Assembly: GCA_002269645.1 (NCBI GenBank)
Contig: NIVC01001446.1
Span: 224,579 to 288,578, forward strand
Source: Macrostomum lignano
Lineage: Eukaryota
DNA: 64,000 bases
Direction: 5' to 3'
The notes beneath the pieces were generated by a model that saw nothing but the letters and a program-made list of their open reading frames with translations, searched no databases and had not been told where the DNA came from. Below, in pieces: positions 23,943-35,900 of this stretch. The translations under genes and the position numbers were made by a program. The stretch's first letter is position 1; each line of letters begins with the position of its first letter.

Positions 23943-26900
23943 CTACGAGGTCCGCCCGAACGGGTGCGCGATGTCAAAGTAATGATTGATTCGCTCGAAT
24001 GTGGCAAAGCTGATAGCCACCGAGGGCAGCACCTTGACCAGGTTGGCGCCCATGCCGCGGTAGAATCCAACAATGCCTTCGGCTTGGTACACCGTGGCGG
24101 CCAGGCCTCTGACAGTGTTGAGCTCCGGCCTGCTGAACTGCACCTTGGACTGCATCTTGGTGCGCAGCAAGGCCAGCGGGTAGCAGGCCACGATGCCGAT
24201 TGAGGAGGCCAGGGCACCTAAAATTTAATTGGGAAATTTATAGACTCAAAAAACTCAAATCTCAAAGAATCTCCCAACAAACTCGAATCCTAAAGAATCT
24301 CCCAAAAAACTCGAATCCCAAAGAATCTCCCAACAAACTCGAATCCTAAAGAATCTCCCAAAAAACTCGAATCCTAAAGAATCTCCTCCACAAACTCGAA
24401 TCCTAAAGAATCTCCTCCACAAACTCGAATCCTAAAGAATCTCCTCCACAAACTCGAATCCCAAAGAATCCTTCCACAAACTCGAATCCCAAAGAATCCT
24501 TCCACAAACTCGAATCCTAAAGAATCTCCTTCACAAACTCGAATCCTAAAGAATCTCCTCCACAAACTCGAATCCCAAAGAATCCTTCCACAAACTCGAA
24601 TCCCAAAGAATCCTTCCACAAACTCGAATCCCAAAAGAATCTCCTCACAAACTCGAATCCCAAAGAACCCCCCCCCCCACAAACTCAAATCCCAAAGAAT
24701 CTCCACCAAACTTGAATCCCAAAGAATCTCCCCCACAAACTCGAATCCCAAAGAAACTCCCCACAGACTCCAGCAAGGCACCAAAGAATCTCCCCCCAAA
24801 CTTGAATCCCAAAGAATCACTCCCACACAACTCGAATCCCAAAGAATCACTCCCACACAACTCGAATCCCAAAGAATCACTCCCACACAACTCGAATCCC
24901 AAAGAATCACTCCCACACAACTCGAATCCCAAAGAATCACTCCCACACAACTCGAATCCCAAAGAATCACTCCCACACAACTCGAATCCCAAAGAATCAC
25001 TCCCACACAACTCGAATCCCAAAGAATCACTCCCACACAACTCGAATCCCAAAGAATCACTCCCACACAACTCGAATCCCAAAGAATCACTCCCACACAA
25101 CTCGAATCCCAAAGAATCACTCCCACACAACTCGAATCCCAAAGAATCACTCCCACACAACTCGAATCCCAAAGAATCACTCCCACACAACTCGAATCCC
25201 AAAGAATCACTCCCACACAACTCGAATCCCAAAGAATCACTCCCACACAACTCGAATCCCAAAGAATCACTCCCACACAACTCGAATCCCAAAGAATCAC
25301 TCCCACACAACTCGAATCCCAAAGAATCACTCCCACACAACTCGAATCCCAAAGAATCACTCCCACACAACTCGAATCCCAAAGAATCTTTCACCACAAA
25401 CTCGAATCCCAAAGAATCTCCCCACAAATTTAAATCCCAAAGAATCTCCCCACCGCCCAACCGCACTGCCCAGCCTCGTCACGCACCTGAAAGCAGCAGA
25501 GCCGCCACAGAGGGAGCTTCGTGCGAGGGCAGGTCGCGGAACAGCCAGGTCCGCGTGGTTTCGTAGGCGGCCAGCTCGATGCCAGCGTAGGGAAGAATGC
25601 CAGCCAGGTTGATCGTGTAGCCGCGGAACAGGGCGCGGGTGCCACCCTCTCTGCCGAGGCGTCAGGAAGTGCAAGGAAGATTGGTTTGAGTGAACTGGCG
25701 ACAAACGATAAACGATTCAACAACTAACCTTGTACACAGTTAAACAACTAACCTGTACACAGTTAAACAACTAACCTGTACACAGTTAAACAACTAACCT
25801 GTACACAGTTAAACAACTAACCTGCACACAGTTAAACAACTAACCTGTACACAGTTCAACAACTAACCTGTACACAATTCAAAAACTAACCTGTACACAG
25901 TTCAACAATAAACCTGTACACAATTCAAAATCTAACCTGTACACAGTTCAACAACTAACCTGTACACAGTTACACAACTAACCTGTACACAATTCAACAA
26001 CTAACCTGTACACAATTCAACAACTAACCTGTACACGGACGCGAGGCAGCCAACCAGGCCGCCGGGATATTGGCCTGTCTTCCTCAAGCACATCCTGGTC
26101 TTGGCCACCTCCATAGGATAAATCATGGTCTGACTGGTTGCCCCGGCCAGACTGCCGGCCAGGAATTTCTGATGGATTTGCAGTTCGGACGGACCGCCAA
26201 ACAAAAGGCGCTTATAGAAATCGTAGAACGTGTACTTTATCGCCGTCTCGGGGGCGATTTTTATTACGTTGACTCCATTGCCTCGCCACAACGACCGGAT
26301 GCCGCCTTCTTGCAGCATCCAGCGGAAGGCCTTGAGGGCAGGGTTGGAAGAAGGGCTAGCACAAAGACTTAGCATAATATTGCAGAGGCCAGGAGATGAA
26401 ATCAGGGAAATCCAGTTAGGAAAAACAGGGGAACTCCAGGTGGGAAAATTAGGGGAACTCCAGGTGGGAAAATTAGGGGAATCCAGGTGGGGAAATCAAG
26501 GGAAATCCAGGTAGGGTAATCAGGGGAATCCAGGTGGGAAATCAGGGGAAATCCAGGTGGGGAAATCAGGGGAAATCCAGGTGGGGAAATCAGGGGAATC
26601 CAGGTGGGGTAATCAGGGGAAATCCATGTGAGGAAATCAAGTGAAATCCAAGTGGGGTAATCAGGGGAAATCCATGTGAGGAAATCAAGGGAAATCCAGG
26701 TGGGGAAATCAAGGGGAAATCGTAATCAGGGGAATCCAGGTGGGGAAATCGTAATCAGGGGAATCCAGGTGGGGAAATCAAGGGAAATCCAGGTGGGGTA
26801 TCAGGGGAACTCCAGGTGGGGTAATCAGGGGAACTCTAGGTGGGGTAATCAGGGGAAATTCAGGTGGGGTAATCAGAGGAAATCCAGACAGGGATATAAA

Positions 26901-29900
26901 TAAATAAGCAAATCCCTAGATTCCGGATCAGCTACCTTGATAGCGGAAGAGCCAGCGTGCTGATATCCGTAAACTTGACGCAATACTTTCAAGCGGTCCA
27001 ACGGAGCGGTGCAGGTGCGAGACAGCGCGCCAGCAAGGCCGCCGCTGAAAAGCATGTTCAATGCTTGTCCGGAGCGAAGCTGCTCAGCCGAGAAGTCGTC
27101 GGGTATCTGCGCCTCGTCGCCCGTGTTAAGCGTGCCCATCTAGTGGCAGAGAGTTCAAAGAAAATATTCTCGATACGCTACTGAATAAACATTAGTAGCA
27201 ATATATGCTTTCTTTTAAAAATATTTAAGAAAGCAATACGCTTTACTTATTAAAAGCCAATGAGTAGAATGCTACGAAAATTGCTATTTAAAATATATAA
27301 CATTTTTGAGAATAAATACAGTCAAATATTACTTGGAGTCAGAACAATGCAGCATCGGTACACGGCGAGCGGGAAAAAAACTATTAAAAGGTTCGTGCGG
27401 TTAAGCATTTGATAACTTTAGGCTTTAGTTAATACCGATGCATCTCTTTTTTAGCTTCAATAGCTGTTTTAGTGAAACGTTATTAATAATTATCACTACA
27501 AAATGTCAATGCAAATGCAAGAATTAAAAAACAACGATTACTAAAAACTACCACGCTAGCATCTGCACGTGACAGAGAATGTGCTATAAATTAAGCGTTC
27601 AGGCACTTAAATAATTAAAAGCTTTGAAGGTGCAGAAATGCTAGAATCACTAAGGGGTCACTCGTGCAATGTACATCATTTCCTTGTTCATGTTAAAACC
27701 AAAATATCAGACACCCTCTGATCCCACTCTCAAATCTATGAGTCTTTGTCATGCAATTTTAACCCGTTTTTTCAGAGCGAGTCTTTGTGTGCCATTCCAC
27801 ACTATCTGAGAAATATCAGACTGAGTCTTTGTGTGCCATTCCACACTATTTGAGAACTATCAGAGTGAGTCTTTGTGTGCCATTCCACACTATCTGAGAA
27901 CTATCAGAGTGAGTCTTTGTGTGCCATTCCACACTATCTGAGAACTATCAGACTGAGTCTTTGTGTGCCATTCCACACTATCTGAGAAATATCAGACTGA
28001 GTCTTTGTGTGCCATTCCGCACTATCTGAGAAATATCAGACTGAGTCTTTGTGTGCCATTCCACACTATCTGAGAACTATCAGAGTGAGTCTTTGCTTGC
28101 CATTCCACACTATCTGAGAACTATCAGACTGAGTCTTTGTGTGCCATTCCACACTATCTGAGAACTATCAGAGTGAGTCTTTGTTTGCCATTCCACACTA
28201 TCTGAGAACTATCAGAGTGAGTCTTTGTGTGCCATTCCACACTATCTGAGAACTATCAGACTGAGTCTTTGTGTGCCATTCCACACTATCTGAGAGCTAT
28301 CAGAGTGAGTCTTTGTGTGTCATTCCACACTATCTGAGAACTATCAGAGTGAGTCTTTGCTTGCCATTCCACACTATCTGAGAACTATCAGAGTGAGTCT
28401 TTGCTTGCCATTCCACACTATCTGAGAACTATCAGAGTGAGTCTTTGCTTGCCATTCCACACTATCTGAGAACTATCAGAGTGAGTCTTTGCTTGCCATT
28501 CCACACTATCTGAGAACTATCAGAGTGAGTCTTTGTGTGCCATTCCACACTATCTGAGAACTATCAGACTGAGTCCTTGTGTGCCATTCCACACTATCTG
28601 AGAACTATCAGAGAGAGTCTTTGTGCGATTACGAACGAATGGCAGGCAGCACTGCCCAAGGCTCAGCTTACCAAGTATCTAGAGCAATCCCATGGCGAGA
28701 CCTCAGCCTCAAGCACTGGAGCGTAGCAAAAGTACGCTGTATGAGGAACCACCCTGATTATTTTTGCGCTAGCGCAATCGACTGCCTTTAGTAGATTTTT
28801 TTAAATCGTCCAAAGACAAAACTTAATGAAGTTACACTTTGACAGTTATTCAAATCTTTAAAATATTATATGTACAGAAACAAAAAATATTTTTTACTGA
28901 AACTCGACTGTGTGCGACTGTCCGCTCTCCAGCAATGCATGTTCAGAATAAAACATACTACATGACTGGGGAATGCGGAGGGAGACAGAGGGGAGGAAGG
29001 AGGAGAACACATATGGTATGGAAGAGGGTGGCACAGATGGGGAGTAGGGTTAGACAGGGGAGGGGAAACAAAGACAGAGCGGCAGACAGAGGAAGTCAGT
29101 GAGACAGACAAGGGCGTAGAGAAGACAGGGATGGAGAGATAGACAGGGGCGTAGAGAAGACAGGGATGGAGAGATAGACAGGGCGGAGGGGAAGACAGGG
29201 GAGGAGAGATAGACAGGGCGGAGGGGAAGACAGGGGCGGAGGGGAAGACAGGGATGGAGAGATAGACAGGGCGGAGGGGAAGACAGGGGCGGAGGGGAAG
29301 ACAGGGATGGAGAGATAGACAGGGCGGAGGGGAAGACAGGGGCGGAGGGGAAGACAGGGATGGAGAGATAGACAGGGCGGAGAGGAAGACAGGGGTGGAG
29401 GGGAAGACAGGGGAGGAGAGATAGACAGGGCGGAGAGGAAGACAGGGGTGGAGAGGAAGACAGGGATGGAGAGATAGACAGGGCGGAGAGGAAGACAGGG
29501 GTGGAGAGGAAGACAGGGATGGAGAGATAGACAGGGCGGAGAGGAAGACAGGGGAGGAGAGATAGACAGGGCGGAGAGGAAGACAGGGGTGGAGAGGAAG
29601 ACAGGGATGGAGAGATAGACAGGGCGGAGAGGAAGACAGGGGAGGAGAGATAGACAGGGATGGAGAGATAGACAGGGCGGAGAGGAAGACAGGGGTGGAG
29701 AGATAGACAGGGGCGTAGAGAAGACAGGGATGGAGAGATAGACAGGGCGGAGAGGAAGACAGGGATGGAGAGATAGACAGGAGCGTAGAGAAGACATGGA
29801 TGGAGAGATAGACAGGGCAGAGAGGAAGACAGGGATGGAGAGATAGACAGGGGCGTAGAGAAGACAGGGATGGAGAGATAGACAGGGCAGAGAGGAAGAC

Positions 29901-32900
29901 AGGGATGGAGAGATAGACAGGGCGGAGAGGAAGACAGGGGTGGAGAGGAAGACAGGGATGGAGAGATAGACAGGGCGGAGAGGAAGACAGGGGTGGAGAG
30001 ATAGACAGGGGCGTAGAGAAGACAGGGATGGAGAGATAGACAGGGCGGAGAGGAAGACAGGGATGGAGAGATAGACAGGGGCGTAGAGAAGACATGGATG
30101 GAGAGATAGACAGGGCGGAGAGGAAGACAGGGGTGGAGAGGAAGACAGGGATGGAGAGATAGACAGGGCGGAGAGGAAGACAGGGATGGAGAGATAGACA
30201 GGGCAGAGAGGAAAACAGGGATGGAGAGATAGACAGGGCAGAGAGGAAGACAGGGATGGAGAGATAGACAGGGCAGAGAGGAAGACAGGGATGGAGAGAT
30301 AGACAGGGCGGAGAGGAAGACAGGGATGGAGAGATAGACAGGGCAGAGAGGAAGACAGGGATGGAGAGATAGACAGGGCGGAGAGGAAGACAGGGGTGGA
30401 GGGGAAGACAGGGGAGGAGAGATAGACAGGGCGGAGAGGAAGACAGGGGTGGAGAGATAGACAGGGGCGTAGAGAAGACAGGGATGGAGAGATAGACAGG
30501 GCGGAGAGGAAGACAGGGATGGAGAGATAGACAGGGGCGTAGAGAAGACATGGATGGAGAGATAGACAGGGCAGAGAGGAAGACAGGGATGGAGAGATAG
30601 ACAGGGGCGTAGAGAAGACAGGGGTGGAGAGATAGACAGGGCGTAGAGAAGACAGGGATGGAGAGATAGACAGGGCAGAGAGGAAGACAGGGGTGGAGAG
30701 ATAGACAGGGCGGAGAGGAAGACAGGGATGGAGAGATAGACAGGGCAGAGAGGAAGACAGGGATGGAGAGATAGACAGGGCGGAGAGGAAGACAGGGGTG
30801 GAGAGGAAGACAGGGATGGAGAGATAGACAGGGCGGAGAGGAAGACAGGGGTGGAGGGGAAGACAGGGGAGGAGAGATAGACAGGGCGGAGAGGAAGACA
30901 GGGGTGGAGAGATAGACAGGGGCGTAGAGAAGACAGGGATGGAGAGATAGACAGGGCGGAGAGGAAGACAGGGATGGAGAGATAGACAGGGGCGTAGAGA
31001 AGACATGGATGGAGAGATAGACAGGGCAGAGAGGAAGACAGGGATGGAGAGATAGACAGGGGCGTAGAGAAGACAGGGATGGAGAGATAGACAGGGCGGA
31101 GAGGAAGACAGGGATGGAGAGATAGACAGGGCGGAGAGGAAGACAGGGGTGGAGAGGAAGACAGGGATGGAGTGATAGACAGGGCGGAGAGGAAGACAGG
31201 GATGGAGAGATAGACAGGGCAGAGAGGAAAACAGGGATGGAGAGATAGACAGGGCAGAGAGGAAGACAGGGATGGAGAGATAGACAGGGCAGAGAGGAAG
31301 ACAGGGATGGAGAGATAGACAGGGCGGAGAGGAAGACAGGGATGGAGAGATAGACAGGGCGGAGAGGAAGACAGGGGTGGAGAGGAAGACAGGGATGGAG
31401 TGATAGACAGGGCGGAGAGGAAGACAGGGGTGGAGAGATAGACAGGGCGTAGAGAAGACAGGGATGGAGAGATAGACAGGGCAGAGAGGAAGACAGGGGT
31501 GGAGAGATAGACAGGGCGGAGAGGAAGACAGGGATGGAGAGATAGACAGGGCAGAGAGGAAGACAGGGATGGAGAGATAGACAGGGCGGAGAGGAAGACA
31601 GGGGTGGAGAGGAAGACAGGGATGGAGAGATAGACAGGGCGGAGAGGAAGACAGGGGTGGAGAGATAGACAGGGCGTAGAGAAGACAGGGATGGAGAGAT
31701 AGACAGGGCAGAGAGGAAGACAGGGATGGAGAGATAGACAGGGCGGAGGGAAGACAGGTGGAGGGGAAGACAGGGGAGGAGAGATAGACAGGGCGGAGGG
31801 AAGACAGGTGGAGGGGAAGACAGGGGAGGAGAGATAGACAGGGCGGAGGGAAGACAGGTGGAGGGGAAGACAGGGGAGGAGAGATAGACAGGGCGGAGGG
31901 AAGACAGGTGGAGGGGAAGACAGGGGAGGAGAGATAGACAGGGCGGAGGGAAGACAGGTGGAGGGGAAGACAGGGGAGGAGAGATAGACAGGGCGGAGGG
32001 AAGACAGGTGGAGGGGAAGACAGGGGAGGAGAGATAGACAGGGCGGAGGGGAAGACAGGGGCGGAGGGGAAGACAGAGGGGAAGTCAGAAGCAGGGAGCA
32101 ATCAGAGAAAAAGCACACAGCCATCAAATACAGCATAAATACTATATGGCAATAAAATTACTTTTAGAAAAAAGTACTTTAACCGGCACACACAGAGCCA
32201 GCAGCTGCAATTATTGGGCCTCGTCTGCTAATGTGACTGACAAATTCGCGCAAAGTAAGCGTGACTGCAAAGCAATTCCGAGCTGCAGCTCAACATCGAG
32301 AGGATAAGAGAGCTGAGTCAAGCGAGAGACTGATCGAACAGCCAAAAGTACAGATAGCATTAATCAAGAATTGAGGGAGCCGCTTGATCACGCTAGCTTG
32401 TTAGTCGTTACTACTATTGCTAATACTACCAATACACATCTAAATTGCTTTCTAACGACCCAGGCCCTGATTGCAGCGCATGGGCATTTTGGCGGACGGC
32501 GTCCGGCGCGGATCTAATACGGCGCGGCGCGGCGCATACGGTGCGCAGCGATTAGTACGGCGCGGCGCGGAACTAATTAGATGCCGAGGCTTTTAAGCTT
32601 GATAAGACAGTCATAGTTACTCCTGCCGTTTACCCAAAACTGCGTTAATTTTGCTTTAGGGTTTCTTTCACAGGTAAGTCATTTCACAGCGTGGCGCAGG
32701 TTGTGTAGGCGTCTGGCGTACTTAAGCCATGCGCTGCAATAGGGGGGTCCCAGGCCTCATGTTGCACACTATTGGCCAGACCGAAATGACGGGCCGGGCC
32801 GTCAGCGAGACGAGATCTCTTAAATTAATTCTAGGCGTATCAGACAGTAAAACATGGACGATTTAAAAAATAAATACCGACAATTCGAGGACTAAACATA

Positions 32901-35900
32901 AAACGTAAACAATTCCAATCCACATTCAGTCAGTGACAATCCACATTCAGTCAGTGACAATCCACATTCAGTCAGTGACAATCCACATTCAGCCACTAAC
33001 AATCCACATTCAGTCAGTGACAATCCACATTCAGTCAGTGACAATCCACATTCAGCCACTAACAATCCACACTCAGTCAGTGACAATCAACATTCAGTCA
33101 GTGACAATCCACATTCAGCCACTAACAATCCACATTCAGTCAGTGACAATCCACATTCAGTCAGTGACAATCCACATTCAGCCACTAACAATCCACATTC
33201 AGTCAGTGACAATCCACATTCAGTCAGTGACAATCCACATTCAGTCAGTGACAATCCACATTCAGTCAGTGACAATCCACATTCAGCCACTAACAATCCA
33301 CACTCAGTCAGTGACAATCCACATTCAGTCAGTGACAATCCACATTCAGCCACTAACAATCCACATTCAGTCAGTGACAATCCACACTCAGTCAGTGACA
33401 ATCCACATTCAGTCAGTGACAATCCACATTCAGTCAGTGACAATCCACATTCAGTCAGTGACAATCCACATTCAGCCACTAACAATCCACACTCAGTCAG
33501 TGACAATCCACACTCAGTCAGTGACAATCCACATTCAGTCAGTGACAATCCACATTCAGCCACTAACAATCCACATTCAGTCAGTGACAATCCACATTCA
33601 GCCACTAACAATCCACACTCAGTCAGTGACAATCAACATTCAGTCAGTGACAATCCACATTCAGCCACTAACAATCCACATTCAGTCAGTGACAATCCAC
33701 ACTCAGTCAGTGACAATCCACATTCAGTCAGTGACAATCCACATTCAGTCAGTGACAATCCACATTCAGTCAGTGACAATCCACATTCAGTCAGTGACAA
33801 TCCACATCCAGCCACTGACAATCCACATTCGTCCAGTAACAAAACACAATTTAATTAGCCACTTCAACTTAACCTTAGCTGACTACTAATAGAATTGATA
33901 TCAGTCGGTCTTTCATAAATCCCAAGTGAACCAATTCACTCACCAAAGTGTGCTCCCAGTAGCAAGCAATTTCGTCTAAGCTTCTTCCGGCTTGCAACAA
34001 TAGAAACTCTTTCCATTCGGCTTCAGAAATCAGCAGATTTCCTTCCATATCCATGCTGCATGGGCAGCATTGAGGAGAGGAGGTGTGAAATTATGGCAAA
34101 GCTAAACAATATGAATAAACAGATCTTCGACTTAGACAAGAAGTTACACACCGTTTAACAAGCATTTCAGCCTTGCCATCGTCAATGGAAATGCCCAACT
34201 GGCTGAATGCCTCTTTAATTTCAGCCGCATCAATGTAGCCATCCATCTTTTTGTCAATTTTGCGAAACACCTGACTCAACTGTTCTTCATGGTCGAGCAC
34301 CCAGCTGGCGAATTCTTTGAAGTCCAGGGTGCCATCTTGGTTGGAGTCACCCTCCGCAACCAGTTGCTGTCGATGGGGAAAGCATGAAAAATTATTGCTT
34401 ATATTGTACTATAATATGTTAGTATACAAAAATATACTTGAAAAATAAGGAAATAGGCCTATTTGCATTTTATTGTATAGATCTTGCTAAGAGGTTTTCA
34501 AAAACATTTAGTTCATGAAAATTTATCTAAAACTAAAAGTTATGAACACTTTTCTATGAATTTTTTGTTTGACTTTTTTGTGCATTTTTAGTGCAGTGAT
34601 CTATTAACATCCACAATAATTGGATAAATTGTCAAAAAAAGGAGTCAAAAATTTATGAAAATATTAAAAAGAACAATCAAAGAAAGCATATGAAAAACAT
34701 TGCATACATGGCTACATTTCATACATAGTTTTAGATATTTAGATATATTTTAATAACTTATATATGGTTTTTATATTCTTAGCATTTTATTTTATACATA
34801 ATTTTTGTTTGTTAAAGAAAAAACACTTATTTTTATTAGTTATTTCACTGTTTTTTTATTTTTTTGGCTTATTAAAGTTTTTACCTTAGAGATTTAAGGA
34901 ATAAATGACCATTTAGAAATATGACCTTCTAAACTAAAGCAAAAAATTGCCTTAGGTAGAAAATTTACTAAAGAGTAAGCTAGGACCTTACTTTTTTTAT
35001 AAAGCCTAGTTAGACAAAGAGAAACCCTCGATCCATAGTCAGGAAGGTGGCACAGTATACGCCGGAATAATTTTTTTGGGATGATTTGTGCGCTATCTAT
35101 GTGCCATTTATGCGCTGTCTGTGCGCCATCTGTGCGCTGTCTGTGCGCCACTCTTCACGAGTAGTTTTCTAAGGAAGGCCTTTGTACAAAAAGCCTTTTT
35201 AAAATGTTACGCATATTTTCATTTTAAACAAACTTAAATTATACCTATAAATAGAGTAATGCAAAATTTACATCTTTAGCGATAATTTATACTAATTTTA
35301 TTTACTGTTAATTTTAAAGAAGCAAAAAGTTTATCACTGACTTTCTAGACTATACAAATCTCCTTTATTTTACGTAAAATTGTTAATTTGCATTACAATT
35401 TTCATGCATGTCAGGGACCTTATGCGCCGCAATTATATGCCACATGTGCTAGGGATCTCAGTGTGCGCCATGATTGTGTGCCAAGTGCGCCAAGGACCCC
35501 TTGTGTGCCCCGCGCTTGTGCGCCAATGTGCGCCAAGACCCTTTGTGTGCGCGGGAATTTTCCCCCTCAGAGGCCACTTTCTTGACTATGGCCCTCAATA
35601 GGCATGTCAAATATAAAGATAAGAATACTGATAAACATATAAAATAGGTCTAAGATAAAAATAGATATTAAACATTTATTTTGTCTATTACCTTTCTACC
35701 ATATTGCGGATCGTGTTATATGTACGCCGGAAAGTATCTGGCTATATAGTAAAGTGTACGCCAATAAAGTACGCAAATTAAGGGTTCTAGTAAATTGTAC
35801 GCCAATAAAAATGCATGATTAACAAGCACAAAAACTATGAAAGAAGCATGCCGAGGCGCGCATCAAAAAATTACCGTAAAAAAGTAAAATTGAAAACGTA

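Noticed and set aside
7845-23943. IARS2-AP180-SCaMC as a trans-spliced operon
   Set aside because: Same strand, but ~2.9-kb gaps with promoter-like motifs; the sequence alone gives no support for polycistronic transcription.
32565-32635. Functional rRNA gene
   Set aside because: Only ~70-130 nt, diverged in universally conserved positions, and no other rDNA nearby.
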